Shown here: in pieces, positions 1-8,678 of the stretch | Position numbering within the stretch: the first letter of the stretch is position 1 | Layout: the number at the start of each line of letters is the position of its first letter | Virus record (IMG/VR): IMGVR_UViG_3300032292_000152 | Coordinates: 1 to 37,746 of that record | Strand: one strand, 5' to 3' | Length of the DNA stretch: 37,746 bases | From: a virus | Lineage: Duplodnaviria > Caudoviricetes | Position numbers and translations under genes: made by a program | Notes under the pieces: generated by a model | Database searches by the model: none | Seen by the model: the letters and a program-made list of their open reading frames with translations, nothing else | What the model was told of the DNA's origin: nothing

Positions 1-123
1 AAAGGAGACAGTCCACGCAATTTAGGCCCGAAATATCGGGAAAACTACGACAGCATATTCAGAAAGAAAAACACACATGAGCCACTGGTACACGAAAAAC
101 GGAAAAGCAATGCACAAGGTTCC
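1..123. repeat. Terminal direct repeat, copy 1 (circular-assembly overlap)
   Basis: Bases 1-123 (aaaggagaca...caaggttcc) are identical to 37624-37746. The repeat lies inside coding sequence. Confidence 0.97.
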
Positions 124-925
124 CGGCAAAACAGTTGCCGAGCGCGATACGACAATCACGGATGCCCGAAAGATCGGACTCCTTCCTTCTGTGAGCGGAA
201 TCACAAAGGTTTGGGCCAATCCCGGCCTTGATCGTTGGAAGCAAACCGCGACCATTGACGCGACTCTAAACTATTGCCGCGACGACTGGACGGGCGACTG
301 GGCTACGTTTAAAGCTCACGAGAACGATGCCTTCTACGGTGAGATTTGCGCTCGTGCCAACGACGGCATGAACGCGGCGTCAGACCTTGGTGTTAGAATT
401 CATGCAGCCATCGAGGCTAGCCTTACAGGATCGGATTGGATTCCCAGTGAACAGGTTCAACTTTCGGATGGAAAGTGGATTGAAATCTCCAAGCTAGTTG
501 ATCCAGCATTAGACAAGATTAGGGAACTCGGAATCATCGCAGTTGCTAATGAGCAAATCATCACCTGTCTGAAGCACGGCTATGCTGGACAGATGGACAT
601 GGCATACGCCCAGAAGGAAACTGTTGGTGTCCTCGACTTCAAGAGCACGAAGACTAAGCCGGGAAAGAAGATTGATGTGCGCCAAGGGCAATCCATGCAG
701 ATTGCGGCCTATCACTACGCCTATTGGGGCGTGGATGATAAGCCACATTTCCAAAGCAATCACCAAGGGATTAACCTGTACATCTCCACGACGGAGGTTG
801 GGCGAGTTGATGTAGTCACCTACGACAACGCCGAGCTTGCCAAGCAATGGGAAGGGTTTCTCGCCTGCCTGACGCTTTGGCGCTTGCAGAACAACTACGA
901 CCCCCGCACGAAGGAGGTCGTATGA
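77..925 (+). CDS. PD-(D/E)XK exonuclease (phage Cas4-like/recombination exonuclease)
   Basis: Motifs LPSVSGI, G..IH..IE, YAGQMD, VLDFKS and QIAAY. After circularisation it lies downstream of ERF and the SSB-like gene. Confidence 0.85.
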   Translation: MSHWYTKNGKAMHKVPGKTVAERDTTITDARKIGLLPSVSGITKVWANPGLDRWKQTATIDATLNYCRDDWTGDWATFKAHENDAFYGEICARANDGMNAASDLGVRIHAAIEASLTGSDWIPSEQVQLSDGKWIEISKLVDPALDKIRELGIIAVANEQIITCLKHGYAGQMDMAYAQKETVGVLDFKSTKTKPGKKIDVRQGQSMQIAAYHYAYWGVDDKPHFQSNHQGINLYISTTEVGRVDVVTYDNAELAKQWEGFLACLTLWRLQNNYDPRTKEVV

Positions 926-2256
926 AAGACCGCGAACTCCCCCACTCAGAAGAAGCCGAGCGCAATGTCATTAGCTGTGTGCTCCTCGACGGAGCCGCCG
1001 CACTTGTCACCGCACTCGACTCTAAAATCACGGAAGAATGCTTCTACGAAACCAAGAATTCCAAACTCTGGCGTGCAATCATCTGGAATCACAATCATGG
1101 CAGACCAATTGAAACGGCGATCATCATCGACGAACTCCGAAAGGTTGACAAGCTTGAGTCAATCGGCGTTGACCACATCATCAGTGTTTCCGGTAGTATT
1201 CCCACTACGGCTGGCTTTGCCCACTGGCTTGAGCAAGTCCGCGAAACGTACGTCCTCCGCGAACTCATCAAGTGCGCGAACGAAGTCCGTGACTGCGCGT
1301 ACGGCTACAAGGGCAATGTCGAAGACTTTGTTGCAGCAACCTCCCGTATCCTCTCCATCCGCCATGCCAGCCAAAAGCAGGAAACCCTCGCATCAGCGGC
1401 TACGGATGTCTTTAGCCTTTGCCAGCGCATTCTTGCTGGCGAAGACACAGAGATTGATCGGGGCCTTTCGTGGCCTTGGGCAGACTGGAACAAGCGATTC
1501 GGTCCAGCGCAGCCGGGAGAGCTAATCGTGGTGGCTGCACGCCCGGGTAGAGGCAAATCTAGCGCCGGGAGGCAGATAGCGTGGCACTGGAGCCAGAATG
1601 TGGGCGATGTGCTCTTATTCTCAAGGGAAATGCCTGTCTGTGGGCTTCCACAGTTGTTTGCCCAGAGCCTTAGCGGTCAAAGCTGGCGTGAGTTTCGCCG
1701 CAACGAGCTAACGAAGGAAGGCTCGGATGGGTTTATGGAGTCCATCAAGGAGGTGCAGGGCAACAAGCGTCTGCACATCTACGACCATGACCGGACGCTG
1801 GCTCAGGTCACTGCACGCATCAAGGCATTCCACCAGATTAAACCCATCAAGGGGATCGTCATCGACTACCTCCAACGCTATGACCCACAGCAGGAACGCG
1901 GGGAAACCCGTGACGTGGCAATTGGGCGTATGACTATGGCTCTTAAAGATGCTGCCATCGAGTGCAAAATCCCCATCATCCTGCTCGCTCAAGTTGGGCG
2001 TGCAGTTGAGAAGGAGTGCCGTGAGCCAATCCTGTCTGACCTAAGAGAGTCGGGTAACATCGAAACTGACGCAGATAGAGTCATCTTCCTTGATGCCCCA
2101 ACGACAACCGTTGACGGTGAAACTCAAGACTTGAACGATGGTTCCGTCAGAGAAATCATCGTTAACGCGATTCAGGCCAAAGGACGCGGAGAGGGGCAGG
2201 ATAGAGTTGCCATGCGCTTCAACAGACCAACCACAACCTTCAAGTCAATCATATGA
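922..2256 (+). CDS. dnaB: Replicative DnaB-like helicase
   Basis: N-terminal LPHSEEAERNV, Walker A AARPGRGKS, VIDYLQ, and SDLRESGNIETDAD. Start moved to ATG 922: AGGAGG lies upstream and it forms an ATGA overlap with the previous stop. Confidence 0.95.
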   Translation: MKDRELPHSEEAERNVISCVLLDGAAALVTALDSKITEECFYETKNSKLWRAIIWNHNHGRPIETAIIIDELRKVDKLESIGVDHIISVSGSIPTTAGFAHWLEQVRETYVLRELIKCANEVRDCAYGYKGNVEDFVAATSRILSIRHASQKQETLASAATDVFSLCQRILAGEDTEIDRGLSWPWADWNKRFGPAQPGELIVVAARPGRGKSSAGRQIAWHWSQNVGDVLLFSREMPVCGLPQLFAQSLSGQSWREFRRNELTKEGSDGFMESIKEVQGNKRLHIYDHDRTLAQVTARIKAFHQIKPIKGIVIDYLQRYDPQQERGETRDVAIGRMTMALKDAAIECKIPIILLAQVGRAVEKECREPILSDLRESGNIETDADRVIFLDAPTTTVDGETQDLNDGSVREIIVNAIQAKGRGEGQDRVAMRFNRPTTTFKSII

Positions 2257-2759
2257 ACACCCAAATGCTGAACAGCCGATGCGTAGAGGGTTATGTCGGC
2301 GCATACTCAATAAGCAGTTGTGGAAAGGTTATCAGTTACTCAACCGGGTGCGGGAGAATCAGAAAGCCATTCATAGATGGAAGCGGATACGAAACAGTTC
2401 CATTGCACTTGAATAGAAAGACGAGGAACCACAGGGTTCATCGAATGGTGGCCAAGGAGTTTGTTGAAAATCCATATGGACACAAATACGTGAACCACAT
2501 GGACGGAAACAAACTGAACAACGATGCCAGCAACTTGGAGTGGTGTACATCCGCGCACAATAATTTGCACGCAAGGAAAACAAACCTAAATCCATGCAAA
2601 CTAAGTTCTAGCGATGTTGAGCGAATTAAGGAGTTGCTTGTTTCTACGCAACAGACTTTAGTCGAAATAGGTCAGATTTTTGGAGTCAGCAAGACGACTA
2701 TTCTAAACGTAAAAAAGGGGAAGTGCCTCAAGAGATTCGTCGTTGAGTTGATGAAATAA
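2253..2759 (+). CDS. NUMOD4/HNH homing endonuclease with C-terminal HTH
   Basis: Y.ISSCGKV, VHRMVAKEF, VNHMDGNKLNNDASNLEWCT, and C-terminal TLVEIGQIFGVSKTTI. More AT-rich than its neighbours. Confidence 0.92.
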   Translation: MNTQMLNSRCVEGYVGAYSISSCGKVISYSTGCGRIRKPFIDGSGYETVPLHLNRKTRNHRVHRMVAKEFVENPYGHKYVNHMDGNKLNNDASNLEWCTSAHNNLHARKTNLNPCKLSSSDVERIKELLVSTQQTLVEIGQIFGVSKTTILNVKKGKCLKRFVVELMK

Positions 2760-2775
2760 TCGTTCCTTAAAATAC

Positions 2776-2850
2776 GCGGGGGATCGTATTAAAGCAATAT
2801 TTCGCAATTCATGCGAAGATGCGGGTACAAAGTCCCGCTCCCTCGCTCCA
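2776..2850 (+). tRNA. Atypical tRNA-like element (Gly-type acceptor end, non-canonical loops)
   Basis: Cloverleaf folded by hand: acceptor GCGGGGGA/TCCCTCGC, D arm GTATT-AAAGC-AATAT, anticodon arm TTCGC-AATTCAT-GCGAA, T arm GCGGG-TACAAAGT-CCCGC, 3' end T-CCA. Confidence 0.65.
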
Positions 2851-2903
2851 ATTCACTCTGATTCGCTCCAATTTTGTTACTAAATCAACCCACATAAACA
2901 CAA

Positions 2904-3074
2904 ATGAAAACCAATCGTAAACTAGAAGAACTCGAAGAAGCCCTGATGGAAGACTTCGTGCAGGACATTGGCGGAAGCCAAGACCCTGTTGACCAATTCA
3001 AGGCTATTGAACGCTATGCCAAGTTCGTGGAAGCACGAGCCGCACGCATCAACTCTGAACTCGGCAATGAATAG
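2904..3074 (+). CDS. Hypothetical protein (56 aa, not in the ORF track)
   Basis: MKTNRKLEELEEALMEDFVQDIGGSQDPVDQFKAIERYAKFVEARAARINSELGNE*. It has an A/C-rich leader and fills the gap before 3077. Confidence 0.8.
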   Translation: MKTNRKLEELEEALMEDFVQDIGGSQDPVDQFKAIERYAKFVEARAARINSELGNE

Positions 3075-3076
3075 TC

Positions 3077-3331
3077 ATGGTCACCAATGTTGGAGGACTA
3101 AGATTCCACGTTGAATCTTCCAGCAAGGCCGATGTTGCCTTTTACAGCGTAGAGTTCAAGGACCACAACGGAGAATGCAATTGCCGCGACTTCGTTGTTA
3201 GATGTAAGCCAGCCTACCGAGAGCGCAAGGCTACGGTAGAATACAGCGATCCAGAACGAACTAGATGCAAACACATAAACCAAGTGCTCCTCTTCATCGC
3301 AAACAAAGCTATTTGCGGTTGCGTTAAATGA
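3077..3331 (+). CDS. SWIM zinc-finger protein
   Basis: Y.V...GECNCRDF...RCKHI, matching the CxC...CxH SWIM pattern. Confidence 0.8.
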   Translation: MVTNVGGLRFHVESSSKADVAFYSVEFKDHNGECNCRDFVVRCKPAYRERKATVEYSDPERTRCKHINQVLLFIANKAICGCVK

Positions 3332-3531
3332 CAAACGCCGACATTATAGGCGGCATTGAGGCTAGGTGCCGTCAGGCGGGTCAAATGGGCTTTAAGCTGG
3401 CTCTATGGCCCCTTGACGGCGGGTTCTGCTGGCAATGGAAGCACCCCAATGGACTGGTAGGGGAAGCGTTCTCAACTGACGCCACCCAGAAGGGTGTTGC
3501 TCTCTGGCTCGCTTCACTGAACGTCTATTGA
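3328..3531 (+). CDS. Hypothetical protein
   Basis: Overlaps both neighbours by 4 nt (ATGA-type) within the operon. Confidence 0.7.
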   Translation: MTNADIIGGIEARCRQAGQMGFKLALWPLDGGFCWQWKHPNGLVGEAFSTDATQKGVALWLASLNVY

Positions 3532-3923
3532 TGCCTAATAATGTTCCAGCCGAACTACATTGCGGGGGGCGATGGACTACGGCAAGAAAGCACAGCTTCA
3601 TCGTCTCCGCATTACGCCGCGCAAGCGGGCGCTGGGCACCAAAGAACGACGCCAAGAAAGCTGCCCGCCTTGAGAGGAACACCTACAGATGTGCCTCATG
3701 TGCCCAAACTTTTGGACACACAGACATTCACATCGACCACATCGTCCCTGTTGTTGATCCATCCAAGGGATTCACGACATGGGACGACTTCATTGGTCGC
3801 CTATTTGTGGAAATCGACGGTTTCAGAGCCGTTTGCACGTCCTGCCATTCCGAAATCACAGCTAAACAGCGGGAAGTCCGCACCCAAAGGCTAGCCCATG
3901 AAAAAGTTTCAAATCGTAAGTGA
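3528..3923 (+). CDS. HNH endonuclease (zinc-binding type)
   Basis: YRCASC...HIDHIVPV...AVCTSCH. Confidence 0.85.
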   Translation: MMPNNVPAELHCGGRWTTARKHSFIVSALRRASGRWAPKNDAKKAARLERNTYRCASCAQTFGHTDIHIDHIVPVVDPSKGFTTWDDFIGRLFVEIDGFRAVCTSCHSEITAKQREVRTQRLAHEKVSNRK

Positions 3924-4629
3924 CATTCATGGAAATGCCAAGGACAGGCGAGCCTGCAATGCAGCCATTGCTTTCTCAAAGCAGTTCAATCCAGACATCC
4001 GCGTAATCGCTGGCGACCTCTGGGACTTTGCAGCCATCCGTAAGGGTGCCAGTGTTGACGAGCAGGCCATCTCCATGCGCGAGGACTTCGACGACGGAAA
4101 GGAGTTTGCCGACTCATTCTTTGGAGAAGTGTCCGAAAACGTCCTCATGCTAGGCAATCACGACATCCGCGCATACGACTTGCGGGAATGCACGGATGCA
4201 GTTAAAAGCGACTTGGGCTACCGGATGGTATCGGACATTAAGGCTCTTGCCTTCAAGCACAACGCCAAGCTGATTGACTACGACGCCCGCGAAGGCGTGT
4301 ACGAGATCGGAAATCTAAGCGTAGTTCACGGCTTCCACACCGGGATTTCAGCTTGTGCCGCCCATGCCCGTATCTACGGCAATGTGGTCTTTGGCCACAT
4401 CCACTCCATCGAGAGCTTCCAAACGCCGGGAATCAAGCAGAAGGAGGCTCGTAGCATTGGTTGCCTATGCGACCTCAACCCCGGCTACGCCAACCGCAAG
4501 ACTGGCAAGCTGCGCTGGTCCCACGGCTGGGCCTATGGCTGGCTGCACGAGGACGGCACCTACGCCATCTTTCAGGCTAGAGGAGTGAACGGCAAGTTCT
4601 ACGCACCAACAGACATCAAAGAATACTAA
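3898..4629 (+). CDS. Calcineurin-like metallophosphoesterase
   Basis: All five motifs are present: SDIH, GDLWD, GNHD, VHG, GHIH. Confidence 0.9.
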   Translation: MKKFQIVSDIHGNAKDRRACNAAIAFSKQFNPDIRVIAGDLWDFAAIRKGASVDEQAISMREDFDDGKEFADSFFGEVSENVLMLGNHDIRAYDLRECTDAVKSDLGYRMVSDIKALAFKHNAKLIDYDAREGVYEIGNLSVVHGFHTGISACAAHARIYGNVVFGHIHSIESFQTPGIKQKEARSIGCLCDLNPGYANRKTGKLRWSHGWAYGWLHEDGTYAIFQARGVNGKFYAPTDIKEY

Positions 4630-4630
4630 C

Positions 4631-4849
4631 ATGAATCCTTGGGAAGAAATGGACAAGCTCGTAAAGGTTGCTCAGGAGCCTACCGGACCAGAATGGTTTA
4701 CCATTAGAGACGTTGCCATACGCTACGGCATAACGAATAAGCAGGCCCTAACCATGACGGACAAGCTCCAGAGGGAAGAGAAGCTAGACGTTTGGAAGGG
4801 GATCATCTCCGAATATAAGCGACTAGGCAAAAAGTTCCGCTTCAAATGA
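4631..4849 (+). CDS. Small putative HTH/DNA-binding protein
   Basis: WFTIRDVAIRYGITNKQA is HTH-like. Directly follows the phosphoesterase. Confidence 0.55.
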   Translation: MNPWEEMDKLVKVAQEPTGPEWFTIRDVAIRYGITNKQALTMTDKLQREEKLDVWKGIISEYKRLGKKFRFK

Positions 4850-5100
4850 CCGAGCAAGAAAACCAACTCTGGAGACTAACCAGTTTCGTGAAGCACGTTG
4901 ACCGCATCATGCCAGATGAGTCCGTGCAGAGAACTGCCGTCAACAAGGCTAGATTCACCGTCCTTGGCGTCATACCACGCTTAGACACGGGCGAAGTGGT
5001 GCATCTATGCGAGTTCTACAGCAATGCCCTAGACGGGGACAAGTTCTTCCTGACCCCTCAGTTCCTTGAGCACTGGGATGGTTTGGTTGAGCGGGCTTAG
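4846..5100 (+). CDS. Hypothetical protein (last gene of the plus arm)
   Basis: ATGA overlap with the previous gene. Converges on the stop codon of 5097..8663. Confidence 0.7.
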   Translation: MTEQENQLWRLTSFVKHVDRIMPDESVQRTAVNKARFTVLGVIPRLDTGEVVHLCEFYSNALDGDKFFLTPQFLEHWDGLVERA

Positions 5101-8100
5101 GGCTTGATGGTTTTCAACTGGAACGCAACCTCTGGCGTGATTACGCCAGTTCGCTTGAAGTGATCCATCATCTTCTTCAACGCCTCTGGGTTGTCCTTCA
5201 TTGAGGCAGACGCACGCATAATAGCTTTGGCCCGTTCGCCGTCACCAACGGAAAGGCCAGAGAACACGCTAGAGATTGGGTCAACCCCGCGAGCGCGGGA
5301 TTTCATCTCAGCCCTATACGCTTCGCCAAGGTGCTTCTCCATTAGTCCATTGCCACCAGCTCTCACCTTAATGCTGCGTTCAACGTTCTTTGAGGCATTA
5401 GGATCAGCCATAATCTCACGAATAATGTCGGTGTTGGACTGATCCAAGCCGCGATCCATTGGCGTGATGAAGCCAAATGCGGCCCCTGCAATGAGCCTGC
5501 TTGGAACGCCAGCCTCTTTGAATGCGTTGATGATGTCAGCCTCCGAAAAACCGTTTTTCTTTGAGAGGCGAGCTAGGGCAGAATAGACAGTGCGAAGTTC
5601 TTTCTGCTTCTGCTCGTAGCGGTCTGATCGTTCCGCGTAAATTGAAGCCTCGTCAATAGGTCTCCCAGTTTCTTCCGAAGACTTAATGATGCGTCGATAG
5701 CCCGCTGACTCGTCGGCGATCGAATCGGATATGCTGCGAATCCTGACCGATGCAGCCTTCACCGTTTTCATCGTATTCTGGCGATAGCCAGCAAGCCTGA
5801 GCGTTACATCCTCTCCAGTTGGAGAGTTGCCTAGCTTATTGGTTTCTCCGGTCTGCGACTTGTATGCACGGGTCAGTGTTCCAGAAACGATTTGAGGCAT
5901 GAATGCCTTCTCAGCAAACCTTGCGGAAAGAGCGGCATTGTTTCTGGGCTCACCAATTTTCACGTTAGTCCCGTAATAGGTGTTGGTGATAGTTTCGACC
6001 GCTGGCGTAAGTAGTGGCCCTAGGTCTTGACCAAGCAACATCGACTTGAGGATTGCGCCCGAATCCTCTCCCTTGAGTCCAGCGATTACAGCCGAAGTCA
6101 TGTTTGCATGGGGCATCAAATAGTTGAGCGGCGTGTAGCTAAACGTGCCGTCCTTGCCCATGTTAAATGCGTTAGCCTTGTCCGCATCATATCCCGGCAT
6201 GATGTTCTTTAGGTCTTGTTGGGTCTGGGCATCAATCCCGTTTGAGCGAGAGATTGCAACGGATAGGCCAACCGTGCTTCCGGCCACAACGGAGAACGCA
6301 AGCAGTCGTTTGGCACCCGCCTTACGCATAGCCTCATTGCCCGTTCTTTGACCTTCATTTATCAGGGATACGGCATACTTGAGTTGATTGGAGGAATTAC
6401 GAATCACTTCATACTCAAACGCCCCGAATGAATTTGCGGCACCAATCGCGGAAGCCTGACGGAATCTGCGGGGGATCAGTTCATACGTCGGGAACTGGTC
6501 GTTGGTAATCCGTGCGGCGTGCTTCTTGAGCGCATCAAGGCCCGTTCCGGCAGGCTGCGTAGCAATCCAGTTGATGTCGGTTAGCTCCTTAATGTTCTGC
6601 TTCCAGATGGAGTAGCGAACCGCGCTGTCAGGAAAGCCGTAAATCTTCGAGAGATTGTCGAGAACAGCCTTGGGCTTTCTCAGCATATCCGAAGACTGGC
6701 TGATGAGGGCATTCAGCTCGTTGATGTCTGCACCACCGCGAAGCACGCCATACTTCTGGGCTTCGTGCATCTCTGCGTTCATCTTGAGGCGAGCGGTGAC
6801 CGATAGCCCCTTGCCGCCCCATCCGTTTGCCCGCATGGTCATCCGCATCCCATTAACAATCTCAAGGGGATTGAGCTTAAAGCTAGATGCCGCTATCACC
6901 ATATTGCCCAAAACCTGTGGCGCAATTGCCTCCGCAAGATTGCCCACTGTTTTGCTCATCTTGGACAAACCACTCACCGTCATCCAAGACTTGGCGATTG
7001 TCCCGTCTCCAATTAAGTTGGGGCTGATGGCTTCTGCAAAGGCATCCGCAACATAGCTTGGGACGTAAAGGTCGGCCAGCTTGTTATGCACTGTTGGCTC
7101 GTCTCCCTTCACGATTTTAACGTAGCTCCCGCTGGAAATCTCATCAGGCGTAAGCGTCGTCTTTGCCACGCCGCCTCTGGTTAAGATTTCTCGTAGCGCA
7201 ATGTCTCGCTCCTCGTTAATGATGAGCCTATTCTGAGCAAGAAGGGTGTTCTCAACTTTAGCGAATGGGTTCTTCACCTCACCTAAAAACTCACGGGCGG
7301 CTGGCGACAAGTCTCCCTTTTCCTTGAGGGAGGAGCCGGGTCCAGTTCCTCTCATAAATGATTCTCCGCTGTAAATGTCAGTGACATTATTCAGCATCTT
7401 GTTCATCGTCGCAGTTGCCTGCTCGTCGGTCATCCCCTTGCCAATCAACTCCGCCTTGAACGCTGCCGTTGCAGATGGAGTTGCAAAATCAAGCCCCTTT
7501 TCCGCCCTTGGATCATGTGCGGCATATGAAGTGCGGATGTAGCTTTGTCTTCCAGCCTTGATCGCGTCTGCTGTTTCTTGGTCTAAAGCGGAGCCATATT
7601 TCTGAACGATGTCATCCGTATTCTTTGCTCGTTTTGCCGCAAAGCTCTCGTAAGCCTCTTTAACAGTAGCAGGGAGGGTGTTTACGCTCTGTTTGCCATC
7701 CATAACAGCGAGCAAGTCGGCAGTGACTTGAGGCGGATTGGCCTCTTTACCAACGAATAGTTGCAGCGTCCTACCCGCCTCTCGCGCTTCAGACTCCATT
7801 GCCTTGAATGCATTCTCGGCATCACGCAGCGGGGTCATCGACTCGCCAAGGACAGACTCGGGTCCAGCAACTCTCAGCAAGGCATTGGCCTTGTTCATTC
7901 TCGCCAAGAGTGACGGAACGTGTGTTCCTGCATAGGTAACCGCAAATGCTCCAGCCGCTTTTGCCACAGGATTCTCTTCACCACGTTTTACCGTATCGTT
8001 GTAGACGTATGCGCCAGCACCGATTCCTGCCGATAGCTGCACACCTTGAGCCAAGAGTGGATTGGTGATTAGCCCGCCCTTCATGGCATAGCGTTTCTCG

Positions 8101-8663
8101 GCTGCGCCCAATGCTCCACCAAAAAAGGCCCCGCCTGCAATAGCCAAGCCAGCCTCCGCTGGCGTTGGAAGCCTGTTCTCATCAATAGCTTTTTCAAGGA
8201 TAGTTGCGCCGACCGCAGTGGAGACTCCTTGGCCAGCCCTGATTGCGGCAACCTTGCCAACACTGGTTGCGGCTTTAACGCTTTTAGCTGCCCAGCTTGC
8301 GGGCACGGCAGACATTGCCGACGTTGCCAGCACCTGTCCAACGGCTACATTCTCCCTGTCTTGAATGAACTTCTGGTTGATGTAGTTGGCTACACCTCCA
8401 CCAATTGCGGCACCCGCTGCTGTTCCAACCCCCGGCGCTGCAAATGTTCCAAGTAACCCACCGGCAATGCTCATGCCAACCTCAAGCGCAGTGCCTCCAG
8501 CAATTTGTCCAGCAGATAGCTCTGGCTCGACCGGACCCGCTTCTTGCTTGGGCACTGCTCCAAGCGACTCGTCATATGCTTTTAGTTGCGCGAAGTCCTC
8601 GGCACTCGGGGGCGTATCCTTATCCCATTGATAGGTGCGTCCAGACGGCGATACGATGGTCAT
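5097..8663 (-). CDS. Large internal virion/DNA ejection protein (1188 aa)
   Basis: Last gene of the structural arm. Gly/Ala-rich hydrophobic N-terminal segments; size and position match podovirus ejection proteins. Confidence 0.7.
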   Translation of the reverse strand: MTIVSPSGRTYQWDKDTPPSAEDFAQLKAYDESLGAVPKQEAGPVEPELSAGQIAGGTALEVGMSIAGGLLGTFAAPGVGTAAGAAIGGGVANYINQKFIQDRENVAVGQVLATSAMSAVPASWAAKSVKAATSVGKVAAIRAGQGVSTAVGATILEKAIDENRLPTPAEAGLAIAGGAFFGGALGAAEKRYAMKGGLITNPLLAQGVQLSAGIGAGAYVYNDTVKRGEENPVAKAAGAFAVTYAGTHVPSLLARMNKANALLRVAGPESVLGESMTPLRDAENAFKAMESEAREAGRTLQLFVGKEANPPQVTADLLAVMDGKQSVNTLPATVKEAYESFAAKRAKNTDDIVQKYGSALDQETADAIKAGRQSYIRTSYAAHDPRAEKGLDFATPSATAAFKAELIGKGMTDEQATATMNKMLNNVTDIYSGESFMRGTGPGSSLKEKGDLSPAAREFLGEVKNPFAKVENTLLAQNRLIINEERDIALREILTRGGVAKTTLTPDEISSGSYVKIVKGDEPTVHNKLADLYVPSYVADAFAEAISPNLIGDGTIAKSWMTVSGLSKMSKTVGNLAEAIAPQVLGNMVIAASSFKLNPLEIVNGMRMTMRANGWGGKGLSVTARLKMNAEMHEAQKYGVLRGGADINELNALISQSSDMLRKPKAVLDNLSKIYGFPDSAVRYSIWKQNIKELTDINWIATQPAGTGLDALKKHAARITNDQFPTYELIPRRFRQASAIGAANSFGAFEYEVIRNSSNQLKYAVSLINEGQRTGNEAMRKAGAKRLLAFSVVAGSTVGLSVAISRSNGIDAQTQQDLKNIMPGYDADKANAFNMGKDGTFSYTPLNYLMPHANMTSAVIAGLKGEDSGAILKSMLLGQDLGPLLTPAVETITNTYYGTNVKIGEPRNNAALSARFAEKAFMPQIVSGTLTRAYKSQTGETNKLGNSPTGEDVTLRLAGYRQNTMKTVKAASVRIRSISDSIADESAGYRRIIKSSEETGRPIDEASIYAERSDRYEQKQKELRTVYSALARLSKKNGFSEADIINAFKEAGVPSRLIAGAAFGFITPMDRGLDQSNTDIIREIMADPNASKNVERSIKVRAGGNGLMEKHLGEAYRAEMKSRARGVDPISSVFSGLSVGDGERAKAIMRASASMKDNPEALKKMMDHFKRTGVITPEVAFQLKTIKP

Positions 8664-8669
8664 GCAATA

Positions 8670-8678
8670 AGTCTATCA
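8670..8678 (-). promoter_or_regulatory. Putative extended -10 promoter (TGaTAGACT) 6 nt before the ATG
   Basis: The minus strand reads TGA-TAGACT-TATTGC-ATG. Confidence 0.45.

Noticed and set aside
1-123. 123-bp terminal repeat as a biological direct terminal repeat
   Set aside because: It cuts through coding sequence in the middle of an operon and has an assembler-overlap-like length. It is best read as evidence of a circular, complete assembly.
847-921. Upstream start for dnaB given in the ORF track
   Set aside because: It overlaps the exonuclease gene by 79 nt. ATG 922 has an AGGAGG site, ATGA coupling and the expected DnaB N-terminus.
2806-2812. Opal suppressor or Sec tRNA implying stop-codon recoding
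   Set aside because: TCA is off-centre in the loop and there is no long variable arm. Genes are intact in the standard code and TGA is used as a normal stop in many ATGA overlaps.
5097-8663. N4-like virion RNA polymerase to go with the GAA hairpins
   Set aside because: The protein is about a third the size of N4 vRNAP and I see no polymerase motifs.
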